NCBI GenBank assembly: GCA_011049115.1
Contig: DSCM01000051.1
Location: 8,010-72,009 of the forward strand
DNA: 64,000 bases
Direction: 5' to 3'
Source of the DNA: Pseudomonadota bacterium
GTDB lineage: Bacteria > Desulfobacterota > Anaeroferrophillalia > Anaeroferrophillales > Tharpellaceae
Part shown: piece after piece, positions 54,195 through 64,000 of the stretch
How positions within the stretch are numbered: the stretch's first letter is position 1
Layout of the letters: the number at the start of each line of letters is the position of its first letter
Notes under the pieces: model-generated
What the model saw: the letters and a program-made list of their open reading frames with translations, nothing else
The model's database searches: none
Told to the model about the DNA's origin: nothing
Program-made: the position numbers and the translations under genes

Positions 54195-54377
54195 TTCAGT
54201 CATCATCTGCAGACCTACTTAAGCGAGTTCAAATAACTGGTTTTCGCGACCGGGCCGCAAAAATATTTCCCCAAAAGACACGACGGCGGCCGGCCGGCCA
54301 CGTAGCGGCGCGGGAAAGCGTAACTGCCGGCTGAATTTCAAAATAGATCTGCAGTAATTTTCCAGAGGAGATTTACG

Positions 54378-55334
54378 GTGAGCAGCCAAGCAAAAAGTGC
54401 CTTTATTTTCCCCGGCCAAGGCTCACAGCACATTGGCATGGGGAAAGAGCTCTATGACTGTTTCTCTGAAGCTCGCGAAACCTTTGCCGAAGCCAGTGAA
54501 GCCTTAGGGGAAGATTTGAGCCGACTCTGTTTTTCCGGATCACCGGAAGAGCTCAACCAGACCGCCAATACGCAACCCGCCATTTTGACCGTCAGTGTGG
54601 CCGCCTACCGCGTACTTAAACGTAATCTCAACATTGAGCCGGTCTTGACTGCGGGCCACAGTCTGGGAGAATATTCGGCCCTGGTCGCGGCCAAGGCCAT
54701 CTCATTTTTCGACGCCGTGCGCATAGTTCGAGCCCGGGGAAAATTCATGCAGAACGCAGTCCCCGCCGGACTCGGAACGATGGCGGCGATCATGGGCATG
54801 CCGAATCAGCAGGTTGTCGATATCTGTAATCGCGCCAGCTGTCGTAAAAACCGTTTGATTGTCGAACCGGCTAATTTTAACTGCCCCGGTCAGATTGTCA
54901 TCTCCGGCCATACTCAGGCCATTTCCACGGCTGGCGAGCAAGCTCAGCAGGCTGGGGCCAGCCGCGTGGTCAAATTGCCGGTCAGCGCCCCCTTTCATTG
55001 TTCCCTGATGCGGCCGGCGGCTGAAAAGCTGGCTGAACATTTCGCCGACGTCAAGGTCAGCGAACCGGAAATTCCCATCATTTCAAATGTCGACGCCGAA
55101 ACCAACTATCATGCCGGCACGGTCCGTGACCTGTTGATTCAGCAGGTCAGCAGCGCGGTTCGCTGGGAGGAATCCATGCAGCTGGCGGTCCGCCAGGGGG
55201 TCAGCCAGATGATCGAGATCGGTCCCGGGCGAGTCCTCTCAGGGCTGCTGCGACGGATTAACCGCAACGTACAACCTTTTAATGTGGGCTGCCCGCAAGA
55301 TCTTGAACGGGTAGCTGAAAGCTATGCCCAATGA
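54378..55334 (+). CDS. fabD: malonyl-CoA:ACP transacylase
   Basis: 318 aa with a GTG start. It carries FIFPGQGSQHIGMG and GHSLGEYSALVAA active-site motifs. Confidence 0.95.
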   Translation: MSSQAKSAFIFPGQGSQHIGMGKELYDCFSEARETFAEASEALGEDLSRLCFSGSPEELNQTANTQPAILTVSVAAYRVLKRNLNIEPVLTAGHSLGEYSALVAAKAISFFDAVRIVRARGKFMQNAVPAGLGTMAAIMGMPNQQVVDICNRASCRKNRLIVEPANFNCPGQIVISGHTQAISTAGEQAQQAGASRVVKLPVSAPFHCSLMRPAAEKLAEHFADVKVSEPEIPIISNVDAETNYHAGTVRDLLIQQVSSAVRWEESMQLAVRQGVSQMIEIGPGRVLSGLLRRINRNVQPFNVGCPQDLERVAESYAQ

Positions 55335-56101
55335 TCCAGACCGATCCTTTTCATTTCACTGACAAAGTCGCCCTGGTAACCGGGGGCAGTCGCGGCATCG
55401 GCCGGGAACTGACGGAAAGGTTGGCCCAGCAGGGGGCGATAGTTCATTTCTGCGGCACCAATCCCGAATCGGGCAACACAACCGCCGAACAACTCAACCG
55501 CGCGCTGTCCGGATCCGGCAAGGCGATCTTCCATGAAGCCAATGTCGCCCAGTCGCATGACTGCAACAAAATGGTTGCCGATATCCTGCAAACCAGCGGC
55601 AAGATTGATTTCCTGATCAATAATGCCGGCATCACTCGCGACAATCTGCTGATGCGCATGAAAGAAAGTGACTGGGATGAAGTCATGGCCGTTAACCTCA
55701 AGGGCTGTTTTAATTGCTGCAAGGCGGTCTCCCGCAGCATGCTCAAAAACCGTTACGGTCGCATTCTCTTTATATCTTCCGTAATCGGTTTAATGGGGAA
55801 CAGCGGCCAAGCCAATTATGCCGCCGCCAAGGCCGGAATCATTGGCTTCGGCCGAAGTCTAGCCCGGGAATTGGCCTCCAGAAACATTACCAGCAACATC
55901 ATCGCTCCGGGCTATATTCAGACTGAAATGACCGACGCCCTCGCCCCGCAGGCTCGCGAGAATATCAGCGCCCTGATCCCCGCTGGCCGCCTGGGCACCG
56001 TCATGGATATCGGTAACGCCGCTCTTTTTCTGCTCTCGCCTCTGGCGGACTATATAACCGGCCAGGTTCTGCAGGTCGACGGGGGCATGCTCATGGCTTA
56101 A
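55331..56101 (+). CDS. fabG: 3-oxoacyl-ACP reductase
   Basis: 256 aa SDR. It carries VTGGSRGIG, NNAG and ...YAAAKAG... Confidence 0.9.
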   Translation: MIQTDPFHFTDKVALVTGGSRGIGRELTERLAQQGAIVHFCGTNPESGNTTAEQLNRALSGSGKAIFHEANVAQSHDCNKMVADILQTSGKIDFLINNAGITRDNLLMRMKESDWDEVMAVNLKGCFNCCKAVSRSMLKNRYGRILFISSVIGLMGNSGQANYAAAKAGIIGFGRSLARELASRNITSNIIAPGYIQTEMTDALAPQARENISALIPAGRLGTVMDIGNAALFLLSPLADYITGQVLQVDGGMLMA

Positions 56102-56222
56102 ACCGGATCAGCTCCGGAAAAGATAACTCAATTTTGAAAAAAAATGTTTCGACTTTCAACGCCTGAGGCTGACAGAACAAGACTGTCCAGCCGATCATAA
56201 ATGTCAAAAAGGAGAATCCGAC

Positions 56223-56459
56223 ATGTCCATCGAACTAAAAATTAAAGAAATTATCGCCGAAAAGCTGGGGCTCAAAGACGCCAATGAAATCAATAACGAT
56301 GCTTCCTTTATTGATGATCTGGGGGCCGACTCCCTGGATACGGTTGAGTTGGTGATGGCTTTCGAAGAAGAGTATGGCATTGAAATTTCTGATGAAGAAG
56401 CCGAGAAAATCAGAACCGTTCAGAACGCCATTGATTTTGTCAAACAACACACCAGCTGA
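56223..56459 (+). CDS. acpP: acyl carrier protein
   Basis: 78 aa. It carries ...[27 protein letters not shown] (DSL phosphopantetheine site). Confidence 0.97.
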   Translation: MSIELKIKEIIAEKLGLKDANEINNDASFIDDLGADSLDTVELVMAFEEEYGIEISDEEAEKIRTVQNAIDFVKQHTS

Positions 56460-56502
56460 TAACCAACCCCTTACCTCTGGTTGCGCCGAAAGGTGCCCGT
56501 GA

Positions 56503-56537
56503 AACGCCTCCACTGATCTCAGGGAGGCGTTTTTTTC
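56503..56537 (+). terminator. rho-independent terminator/attenuator after acpP
   Basis: AACGCCTCC, an 11-nt loop and GGAGGCGTT, followed by T7. Confidence 0.75.
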
Positions 56538-56712
56538 TTTACAATTAGACTAAGAGCCTATAGAAAGTACCACTTAAAAAAATTGCGGTGACGATATTGG
56601 CCCGCCACGACAAAAAGTATATCTGAAAAAAGGTCCGTTCTTTCCCACCCGTGCCCTATAAATCGGCCCGGCAGGAGATTAACCAGCAACCTTTGGAGAT
56701 TGAGGTTAGAAA

Positions 56713-57948
56713 GTGAAACGCAGAGTCGTCATAACCGGGGTCGGCCTGGTGACCCCTCTGGGAACCGGAGTTGAGAAAAACTGGCAGCGTCTGCTGGCAG
56801 GAGAGTCAGGCATCAGCCCAATCAGATATTTCGATGCGGAGAAATTCGCCACCCGCATTGCCGGGCAGGTGACTGACTTTGAAGTCACGGATTTCATTGA
56901 CAGCAAAGAAGCAAAAAAGATGGATGCCTTCATCCATTTCGCCATGGCGGCCGCCGATATGGCAATGAGCATGGCCAGGCTTGAAGTCACTCCATCCCTG
57001 AGTCCTCGTTTCGGGGTTGCCGTCGGCGCCGGCCTGGGAGGGCTGCCCTCTCTTGAGTATTACCATAAGGTTCTACTCGAAAAAGGACCTCGGCGTATTT
57101 CACCGTTTTTTATCCCGATGATGATCGCCAACCTGGCTCCCGGCAATATTGCTATTCGCTATCAGGCCAAAGGTCCCAATCTTTCCGTGGTGACCGCCTG
57201 CGCTACCGGCACTCATTCGATCGGCGAAGGCATGAAAGTCATTCAACGCAATGACAGCGATGTCATGATCTGCGGGGGTACGGAATCCGCCATCACCCCA
57301 CTCTGTATCTCGGGTTTTAATGCCATGAAGGCCCTGTCGACCCGCAATGACGAGCCGACGCGAGCCTCGCGTCCCTTTGATCGGGACCGCGATGGCTTCG
57401 TTCCCGCCGAAGGGGCCGGCATCGTGGTTCTTGAAGAGCTCGAATTCGCGTTGCGTCGCGGAGCTTCGATTCTGGCTGAGCTGACCGGCTACGGTTCATC
57501 CTGCGATGCTTACCATATTGCGTCCCCGGCACCTGAGGGGGTCGGCGCGGCGTCCTCCATGGAGGCCGCCTTGCGGGATGCCGCTCTTGAACCCACGGCA
57601 ATTGACTACATCAACGCTCACGGCACCTCAACTTATTTTAACGACCTGTATGAAACCCAGGCTATCAAAAAAGTTTTTGGGGAACACGCGAGTAAACTTC
57701 TAATCAGTTCCAACAAATCAATGACCGGCCACATGCTCGGCGGCACCGGAGCCGTGGAAGCAGTGTTTACCACCCTGACCATCAAGCACGGCAAAGTACC
57801 GCCGACCATAAATCTGGACAACCCGGACCCCGACTGTGACCTGAATTACGTCCCCAATCAAGCGATCAGCGCTCCGGTAAAAAATGCTATCAGCAACTCA
57901 TTCGGTTTTGGCGGAACAAATGCCACGCTGGTTTTTTCGGCCTACTGA
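56713..57948 (+). CDS. fabF: 3-oxoacyl-ACP synthase II
   Basis: 411 aa with a GTG start. It carries ...VVTACATGTHSIG... (active-site Cys), ...NAHGTST... and ...SNSFGFGGTNATLVF. Confidence 0.95.
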   Translation: MKRRVVITGVGLVTPLGTGVEKNWQRLLAGESGISPIRYFDAEKFATRIAGQVTDFEVTDFIDSKEAKKMDAFIHFAMAAADMAMSMARLEVTPSLSPRFGVAVGAGLGGLPSLEYYHKVLLEKGPRRISPFFIPMMIANLAPGNIAIRYQAKGPNLSVVTACATGTHSIGEGMKVIQRNDSDVMICGGTESAITPLCISGFNAMKALSTRNDEPTRASRPFDRDRDGFVPAEGAGIVVLEELEFALRRGASILAELTGYGSSCDAYHIASPAPEGVGAASSMEAALRDAALEPTAIDYINAHGTSTYFNDLYETQAIKKVFGEHASKLLISSNKSMTGHMLGGTGAVEAVFTTLTIKHGKVPPTINLDNPDPDCDLNYVPNQAISAPVKNAISNSFGFGGTNATLVFSAY

Positions 57949-58123
57949 ACTTAGTCCTTTACACGTTGGGCGCTGGAATGTAATAAATTAACTTTCTCCG
58001 GGCAGGAAGCTGGATTTGCAAAGAAATAATCCTGCCCTTCCGTAACTTATAGACCTTCATTCAGGGCACCGTGAAGCTTTTCACCAAGCCACCAAGCCTC
58101 AAGTTTTTTGAAAGAGAAATACC

Positions 58124-59836
58124 ATGCCGCAGATTGAACCTTTTAAACTATTTATAGCCAGTGATCATGGCGGATACCAGCTCAAAGAATTGATCAAAGA
58201 TAAACTGGCAAACCACCATCAACTAATCGATCTCGGCACTAGCTCCGAGGCTGCGGTCGACTATCCCGACTATGCCTGGAAGCTGGTCACCGAGGTGGCG
58301 GCCGACCCCAAAGCCCGGGGAATCCTGATCTGCGGCACCGGCATCGGAATGTCGATGACGGCCAACCGCAAGCGCCACATACGGGCCGCCCTGGTCCATG
58401 ACCCCTTTACCGCGCGCATGGCCAAGGAACACAACAATGCCAACGTTCTGGTTCTGGGCGGTCGCGTACTTGAGCCGGCCACCGCCCTGGAACTGGTTCA
58501 GATCTGGCTGCAAAGCGAATACGAGGGCGGCCGCCACCAGCACCGACTGGATAAAATCGAGCAGCCCAACCGTAACTCAAACCGGCAGATTGCGGCCTCT
58601 TTATTTGAAGTAGATGCGGAAATCAATGCACTCATCCGTCAGGAAACCGAGCGCGAAGAAAGCAAGCTGATCATGATTGCTTCGGAAAACTGCGTCAGTC
58701 AGGCAGTACTCGAAGCTCAAGGCAGTGTTCTGACCAACAAATATGCCGAAGGCTATCCCGGCAGACGCTATTACGGTGGCTGCCAATTTGTCGACCAGGT
58801 TGAACAGCTGGCGATTGACCGAGCCCTGGCTCTGTTTGGCGCCGACCATGCCAATGTCCAGCCCCTCTCCGGTTCAGGCGCCAACATGGCGGTCTATTTA
58901 AGCGCCCTGAAACCAGGAGAAACCATCCTGGGAATGAACTTAGGACATGGCGGACATCTTACCCACGGAGCGACGGTCAGCTTCTCAGGCCAGCTTTATC
59001 GTTCGGTTTATTATGGAGTCGATCGGGAAACGGAACAACTTGATTACAACGAAATAGAAAAGATCGCCCTTCGAGAAAAACCCCGCATGATCGTTGCCGG
59101 AGCCAGCTCCTACTCCCGGATTCTAGATTTTGCCCGTTTTCGGGCCATCGCCGACAAGGTCGGCGCCCTGCTGATGGTTGACATCGCCCATATCGCCGGT
59201 CTGGTGGTGGCTGGAGTCCATCCCTCACCGGTACCCTATGCTGATTTTGTCACCACCACCACCCATAAAACCCTGCGGGGCCCTCGGGGAGGAATGATTC
59301 TTTGCCGCCGTGAGTATGCGGCGGCACTTGACAAAACCATCTTTCCCGGACTGCAGGGCGGCCCCTTGATGCACACCATCGCGGGCAAGGCCGTGGCCTT
59401 CAAGGAAGCCCTGAGCGAGGAGTTCAGAACCGTCCAGAGACAAACAGTGATCAATGCCGCCTGTCTGGCCCGACGGCTGCAGGAAAAAGGTTTCAGAATT
59501 GTCTCCGGCGGCACCGACAATCATCTCTTCCTGATCGATCTCAGTGCCTTGACGATCAAAGGCAAAAAGGCCGAAGCCGCTCTCGATGCGGCCGGAATCA
59601 CCCTCAATAAAAACGGCATTCCCTTTGACCAGCGAACTCCGGCAGACCCCAGTGGGATCCGCATCGGAACCCCGATCGCGTCGACCCGGGGCATGCGCGA
59701 ACCCGAGATGGAGATTGTCGCCGACTGCCTGAGCGATGTCCTGCTGCAACCGGAGAATCAGGAGATCATAAGACAAACCCGGGCAACGATCCGTTCACTT
59801 TGCGCTCGTTTTCCGGTTTACAGCCATCTGCTTTAA
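58124..59836 (+). CDS. glyA: fusion protein: ribose-5-phosphate isomerase B (N-terminal, about 150 aa) plus serine hydroxymethyltransferase (C-terminal, about 415 aa)
   Basis: 570 aa. The RpiB part is [15 protein letters not shown]...[16 protein letters not shown]...VLVLGGRV...[11 protein letters not shown]. The SHMT part is ...[39 protein letters not shown]...[14 protein letters not shown] (PLP lysine). There is no stop or Met at the junction. Confidence 0.85.
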   Translation: MPQIEPFKLFIASDHGGYQLKELIKDKLANHHQLIDLGTSSEAAVDYPDYAWKLVTEVAADPKARGILICGTGIGMSMTANRKRHIRAALVHDPFTARMAKEHNNANVLVLGGRVLEPATALELVQIWLQSEYEGGRHQHRLDKIEQPNRNSNRQIAASLFEVDAEINALIRQETEREESKLIMIASENCVSQAVLEAQGSVLTNKYAEGYPGRRYYGGCQFVDQVEQLAIDRALALFGADHANVQPLSGSGANMAVYLSALKPGETILGMNLGHGGHLTHGATVSFSGQLYRSVYYGVDRETEQLDYNEIEKIALREKPRMIVAGASSYSRILDFARFRAIADKVGALLMVDIAHIAGLVVAGVHPSPVPYADFVTTTTHKTLRGPRGGMILCRREYAAALDKTIFPGLQGGPLMHTIAGKAVAFKEALSEEFRTVQRQTVINAACLARRLQEKGFRIVSGGTDNHLFLIDLSALTIKGKKAEAALDAAGITLNKNGIPFDQRTPADPSGIRIGTPIASTRGMREPEMEIVADCLSDVLLQPENQEIIRQTRATIRSLCARFPVYSHLL

Positions 59837-59926
59837 CGGCATGCAACAAATTCACCCCAGCTGCTTTTAATTGTACCTGGCCTGATTGAAAGCCAGGCGC
59901 ATTCTCAAGTGATATCAGGAAATGTG

Positions 59927-60400
59927 ATGCCGGTTCAAAACCTGCAAAGACCCGACTGGCAGACCTATTTTATGGACATCGCCCAGTTGATTTCCAGACG
60001 TTCAACCTGTATCCGTCGTCAGGTTGGGGCCCTGATAGTTAAAGATAACCGGATTCTGACCACTGGCTACAACGGCACCCCGAGCGGCATTCGCCACTGC
60101 CTGGAAAGAGGCTGTCTGCGCGATCAGCTCCAAATCCCCTCAGGTCAGCGCCATGAACTTTGCCGGGGTCTGCACGCGGAACAGAATGCTATTATTCAGG
60201 CGGCGCATCACGGCGTATCCATCGAATCCGGAGAACTTTACTGCACCAACCAACCCTGTATCATCTGCGCTAAAATGATTATCAATGCCGGCCTGAAAAA
60301 AATAATCATCCGTGACGCCTATCCCGACGCTATGGCTGCCGAAATGCTTGATGAAGCCGGCCTCAAGGTGGTTGTTATAAGCCCGGGGAAAACGTCCTGA
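59927..60400 (+). CDS. deoxycytidylate (dCMP) deaminase / ComEB-type cytidine-deoxycytidylate deaminase (ORF open from 59909)
   Basis: It carries Zn-binding motifs HAEQNAI and PCIICAKMI. The N-terminal [18 protein letters not shown] is typical of dCMP deaminases. Confidence 0.85.
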   Translation: MPVQNLQRPDWQTYFMDIAQLISRRSTCIRRQVGALIVKDNRILTTGYNGTPSGIRHCLERGCLRDQLQIPSGQRHELCRGLHAEQNAIIQAAHHGVSIESGELYCTNQPCIICAKMIINAGLKKIIIRDAYPDAMAAEMLDEAGLKVVVISPGKTS

Positions 60401-60425
60401 CCACGGCCATCTGCCGAGACCTCTT

Positions 60426-60902
60426 ATGAAATGCCCTTTCTGCGGCTTTACCGAAGATAAAGTTATCGACTCGCGTATCGCCAAAGACCAAAGCGCCATC
60501 CGCCGCCGGCGGGAGTGCCTCTCCTGCAACAAACGTTTCACCACCTTTGAAAGGATTGAGATCAACCTGCCGCTGGTCATTAAAAATGATCAGAGCCGGG
60601 AAAACTATGATCGCAATAAAGTCGAAAACGGCATTCGCAAGGCCTGTGAAAAAAGACCTGTCAGTCAGGAGCAGATTGATGCCGTGGTCAACGATCTCGA
60701 ACTGAAGCTTCGAGAGCATGGAGAAAAAGAGATCGCTGCGACTTTTATCGGCGAACATATCATGGCCTCCTTGAAAAAAATTGATGATGTCGCCTATATC
60801 CGTTTTGCTTCAGTATATCGCCAGTTTAAAGACATCAAAGAATTCATGCAGGAGCTTCAGGGCCTGCTCAAAAACGACTCCGCTTGCGAAAAACCGGATT
60901 AA
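60426..60902 (+). CDS. nrdR: transcriptional repressor NrdR
   Basis: 158 aa. It carries [17 protein letters not shown]...[16 protein letters not shown] (Zn ribbon) plus an ATP-cone. Confidence 0.95.
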   Translation: MKCPFCGFTEDKVIDSRIAKDQSAIRRRRECLSCNKRFTTFERIEINLPLVIKNDQSRENYDRNKVENGIRKACEKRPVSQEQIDAVVNDLELKLREHGEKEIAATFIGEHIMASLKKIDDVAYIRFASVYRQFKDIKEFMQELQGLLKNDSACEKPD

Positions 60903-61033
60903 GCCGAACCGGTCAGGATTTTTGCCCACAGGCTGAAGCTTAAACTTGACGTTCGCGCCCTCAACTCCCGTCTGAGCTTCGTCAGAGAACAAGGACCCCG
61001 GGACTTGGGAGCTAAAAAACAAGGAATCGAAAA

Positions 61034-62170
61034 ATGAATGGTTTTTCTAGTGCCGATACTGAATTCATGCAAATAGCCCTCGACCTGGCCCGCAAAGGAC
61101 TGGGATCAGCCTCTCCCAATCCCATGGTCGGGGCGATTATCGTCAATGACGGAAAGATTGTCGGTCGGGGTTTCCACCCCAAGGCGGGAGAAGCACACGC
61201 GGAAATTTTCGCCCTCCGCGAAGCGGGGGAAAAGGCCCGTGAAGCCACCCTCTACGTCACCCTGGAGCCCTGCAACCATCACGGTAAAACGCCACCCTGC
61301 ACCGAGGCCATTATTCAAGCTGGAATCAGGCGTGTGGTCTTTGGCTGCGAGGATCCCAATCCCCGAGTCGACGGCCACGGCGCCGACAAACTTAAACGAG
61401 CCGGTATCCGGACCGAAAATGGTCTCTTAAAAAACGAATGCCACCATCTGAATGAAGCCTGGAATAAATATATCACTACCGGATTGCCATTTGTCACGCT
61501 CAAGAGCGCGGCCAGTCTTGACGGCCGCATCGCCACCCGAAGCGGCCATTCACAATGGATCAGCAACGAGAAATCGCGGCTTTATGCGCACCAACTACGT
61601 TTTGCGCATGATGCCATCCTGGTCGGTATCGGCACCCTGATCAAAGACAATCCCAGGCTCACGGCCCGCTGTCCGGGGCAGGAAACCCGTCACCCTTACC
61701 GGATTGTCGTGGACTCCATGCTGCGCACGCCTTTGCATTCGCTGATTTTCGGTGAGGACGGCAAAGACCGGGTTTTACTGGCGACCACGCAGCGCCACGA
61801 CCAGACAAAACTCAACCCTTACCTCCAGCTGGTCAAGGAGATTATCTGCCTGCCAACTAACGAGCTGGGTCAAATAGACCTGCGGGCTCTGATGCGGGAA
61901 ATCGCCTCCCGGAAGATTATTTCGGTCCTGATCGAGGGAGGTTCGGAAATCAATGGTTCAGCGGTTGACTGCCGAATCGTCGATAAAATTTGTTTTTTTT
62001 ATGCCCCGATCCTGATTGGTGGACGCGGCAGCCTGGGCATGATCAGCGGCACAGGCATCGAGAGGATTGACCAGGCCCTGCCGATCAGGAATATTACGAT
62101 TAAGCATTTCGATGACGACCTCTGTCTTGAAGGCTACCTTGACCCAACGGCAATCGGACTGTCGGAATAA
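61034..62170 (+). CDS. ribD: bifunctional riboflavin biosynthesis deaminase/reductase RibD
   Basis: 378 aa. It has a deaminase domain (HAEIFALREAG...TLEPCNHHGKTPPC) and a reductase domain (TLKSAASLDGRIATRSGHSQWIS). Confidence 0.95.
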   Translation: MNGFSSADTEFMQIALDLARKGLGSASPNPMVGAIIVNDGKIVGRGFHPKAGEAHAEIFALREAGEKAREATLYVTLEPCNHHGKTPPCTEAIIQAGIRRVVFGCEDPNPRVDGHGADKLKRAGIRTENGLLKNECHHLNEAWNKYITTGLPFVTLKSAASLDGRIATRSGHSQWISNEKSRLYAHQLRFAHDAILVGIGTLIKDNPRLTARCPGQETRHPYRIVVDSMLRTPLHSLIFGEDGKDRVLLATTQRHDQTKLNPYLQLVKEIICLPTNELGQIDLRALMREIASRKIISVLIEGGSEINGSAVDCRIVDKICFFYAPILIGGRGSLGMISGTGIERIDQALPIRNITIKHFDDDLCLEGYLDPTAIGLSE

Positions 62171-62183
62171 GCGCGGCCGGGAG

Positions 62184-63266
62184 TTGACACTGAAAATTTT
62201 CAGTCCTCTATATCCTGGGATCCCGACTCTGATCTATCGAAGCCTCATGACCGGACGCAACCTCTTGTATGACCTGATCCCCGCTCTCAGCCAGGCAGTT
62301 GCTATTCCGGTAATCTGTGTCGGCAACCTGAGCACCGGGGGAACCGGCAAAACTCCGATGACGGCTTACCTGGCAGATTATTTTCAGGCTCAAGGCCTGA
62401 ACATCGCCATTTTGTCGCGTGGCTACGGCCGTAAAGCTGCTCGGCGGCCACTACTTGTAACCGCCGCGACTAAGATCACCCCCGAACTTGCCGCAGAACT
62501 GGGCGACGAAGCTCTGATGTTGAGACAACAGCTGCCCTCAATCCCCTTGGTTCTTGACGGCAACCGGGTGCGCGGCGCGCGCCGGGCCGGCAAGGAACTG
62601 TCGCCCGATTTAATTTTGCTGGATGATGGTTTTCAACATCGACGCCTGCGCCGCAACTTTAACCTGCTGATGATTGACAGCCAGAAGCTTTTCGGCAACC
62701 GACGGTTGCTCCCCACTGGCCCCCTGCGAGAAACTCTACGGGCTCTGAGTCGGGCCGACGCAGTTGTTTTTAACAAGTTTGATCAACGCCGGCGCTACTT
62801 TTATAAGGAAGCCGCTGAGGTCTGCAATTATATTTCCGCCCGCCGGATTTTTTCCGCCGCTTATCGTTTTACACATTTCACGGCTGGGGACGGCCACCGC
62901 CGCAGCTTGTCGGAGATGCAAGCGCTGGGTCCGTTTTGCGCCTGTTCCGGACTGGCCAACAACGATTATTTTTTTGCTCAGTTACGCACCCATGGACTTG
63001 CCGTGGAAGAAACCAGAAGCTTTGCCGACCATCACGACTACCGCGCCGGAGACCTGAGGGAACTGCGCCAACTCTGCCGCGACCGCCCCTTACTGACCAC
63101 CGCCAAGGACGCGGTCAAGCTCGTCCGTCTGGCCCGAGCCCAAAAGGCCGAGGCACAACTCTGGGTTGCCGAAATCGCGCTGATACCTGATCGGGAAAAA
63201 GATTTTCTTGCTTTATTCGCAGATTTTATCAACCCTGAAGCATCTCTGCCGGAGGCGAGACCTTGA
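62184..63266 (+). CDS. lpxK: tetraacyldisaccharide 4'-kinase LpxK (start uncertain; the ORF is open from 62067 but that part overlaps ribD)
   Basis: It carries ...AIPVICVGNLSTGGTGKTPMTAYLA (P-loop) and ...ILLDDGFQH... A candidate TTG start is at 62184. Confidence 0.8.
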   Translation: MTLKIFSPLYPGIPTLIYRSLMTGRNLLYDLIPALSQAVAIPVICVGNLSTGGTGKTPMTAYLADYFQAQGLNIAILSRGYGRKAARRPLLVTAATKITPELAAELGDEALMLRQQLPSIPLVLDGNRVRGARRAGKELSPDLILLDDGFQHRRLRRNFNLLMIDSQKLFGNRRLLPTGPLRETLRALSRADAVVFNKFDQRRRYFYKEAAEVCNYISARRIFSAAYRFTHFTAGDGHRRSLSEMQALGPFCACSGLANNDYFFAQLRTHGLAVEETRSFADHHDYRAGDLRELRQLCRDRPLLTTAKDAVKLVRLARAQKAEAQLWVAEIALIPDREKDFLALFADFINPEASLPEARP

Positions 63267-63877
63267 CCCGGGATTTACAAGCTCCGGTTCGCAAGCGCCA
63301 GGCGGCGGTTTTTCTTGATCGGGATGGAACCATCATCCGTGAGGTAAACTATTTAGACCGTCTCGAAGATGTCGAGCTGCTCCCTGAAACGGCGGCAGCT
63401 ATCGCCCGGCTCAACCGGCACCGGATTCCGGTCATCCTGGTTTCCAATCAATCCGGGGTTGCCCGCAGCAAGTTCAGTGAAAGTTTTGTCCTTGCCTGCC
63501 ATGTCAGAATACAGAAAATGCTGGAAAGCTATGGGGCTCATCTGGATAATTTTTTCTTTTGTCCACACCATCCCGAACATGGCCGGCCACCTTATAAAAA
63601 AGACTGCACCTGTCGCAAACCGGAGCCCGGCCTTCTCAGACAAGCCGCCGGTCGTCACCAACTCGATCTGGCCGCCTCTTTTGTCGTCGGGGACAAATTA
63701 AGCGACGTGGAGCTGGCCCGACGGGTTAACGCTGCAGGAATTCTGGTAAAAACCGGTCACGGGGTGAAAGAGGCTGAAAAGATCAGGACGACGGCCATCA
63801 TTCCCGACCTCATTTGCTCCGATCTTGCAGAAGCTGTAAACTGGATAATCCATCAATTATCCACTCGGACGCGATAA
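63263..63877 (+). CDS. gmhB: D-glycero-D-manno-heptose 1,7-bisphosphate phosphatase (HAD-IIIA, GmhB-type)
   Basis: 204 aa. It carries FLDRDGTI, VSNQSG, CPHHP...CTCRKP (Zn site) and VGDKLSD motifs. Its start overlaps the lpxK stop. Confidence 0.75.
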   Translation: MTRDLQAPVRKRQAAVFLDRDGTIIREVNYLDRLEDVELLPETAAAIARLNRHRIPVILVSNQSGVARSKFSESFVLACHVRIQKMLESYGAHLDNFFFCPHHPEHGRPPYKKDCTCRKPEPGLLRQAAGRHQLDLAASFVVGDKLSDVELARRVNAAGILVKTGHGVKEAEKIRTTAIIPDLICSDLAEAVNWIIHQLSTRTR

Positions 63878-63888
63878 AAGGCTTTGCC

Positions 63889-64000
63889 ATGCTCAAAAAA
63901 ACAGGCTCTGACATCCTGGGCACCTGGAATGATCAAGCCATAGTTCATGCGTTCCGCAGCGCGAGTCGCCTGTTCAACCTGCTGCCAACAGACGACGCTT
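63889..64000 (+). CDS. 5' end of an unidentified ORF running off the window
   Basis: The ATG at 63889 gives MLKKTGSDILGTWNDQAIVHAFRSASRLFNLLPTDDA... Only 37 codons are visible, and I attempt no family call beyond the lpxK-gmhB (LPS) context. Confidence 0.25.
   Translation, partial: MLKKTGSDILGTWNDQAIVHAFRSASRLFNLLPTDDA

Noticed and set aside
62067-62183. The 5' extension of the lpxK ORF, which overlaps the last 100 nt of ribD.
   Set aside because: The extension encodes no LpxK-like sequence and overlaps a well-defined ribD C-terminus. The real start is most likely after the ribD stop (candidate TTG at 62184).

Overview
Annotation was done by eye from the sequence and the ORF track, so start codons and all promoter and terminator calls are provisional. 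The window looks like a core-chromosome segment of a flagellated anaerobe of Desulfobacterota or Deltaproteobacteria type. That assignment is inferred from gene content only.

Layout:
- 1-27 kb: one large minus-strand motility region. It holds flgL-flgK-flgN-flgM, a rod-binding FlgJ-like gene, flgI-H-A-G-F, and a divergent DtxR/MntR-type regulator. Next come a small basic orphan gene, a sigma-54 response regulator with its histidine kinase, and cheY. The region ends with fliA-flhG-flhF-flhA-flhB-fliR-Q-P-(long fliO)-N-M-L-motB-(Asp-less motB-like)-motA. I found three near-consensus sigma-54 promoters and two near-consensus sigma-28 promoters by hand.
- 27-30.5 kb: an XRE-cupin regulator and a four-subunit 2-oxoacid:ferredoxin oxidoreductase.
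- 30.7-36.1 kb: a run of conserved-unknown genes. These are a degenerate PilZ-like gene, a DUF169-CoaE fusion, a DUF2889-PHP fusion, a second DUF2889 gene, an unknown gene and a DUF1285 gene.
- 36.8-44.2 kb: tRNA-Thr(CGU), rsmB, rpe, rpoD and dnaG.
- 44.7-48.1 kb: a two-gene porin plus decaheme cytochrome module (MtrAB/PioAB type). Its porin reading frame is interrupted by a single in-frame TGA.
- 48.9-64 kb: etfBA with an acyl-CoA dehydrogenase, then rpmF-plsX-fabD-fabG-acpP-fabF (no fabH). These are followed by an RpiB-GlyA fusion, a dCMP deaminase, nrdR, ribD, lpxK and gmhB.

I saw no CRISPR array, IS element, prophage or recognisable defence system. The most noteworthy items are:
- the split porin and its CXXCH motif
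- the MotA / Asp-less MotB-like / MotB triplet
- the enlarged FliO
- a sigma-28-driven orphan basic protein
- a two-copy intergenic repeat
- a promoter-plus-terminator unit ahead of the dnaG-rpoD operon
- several gene fusions
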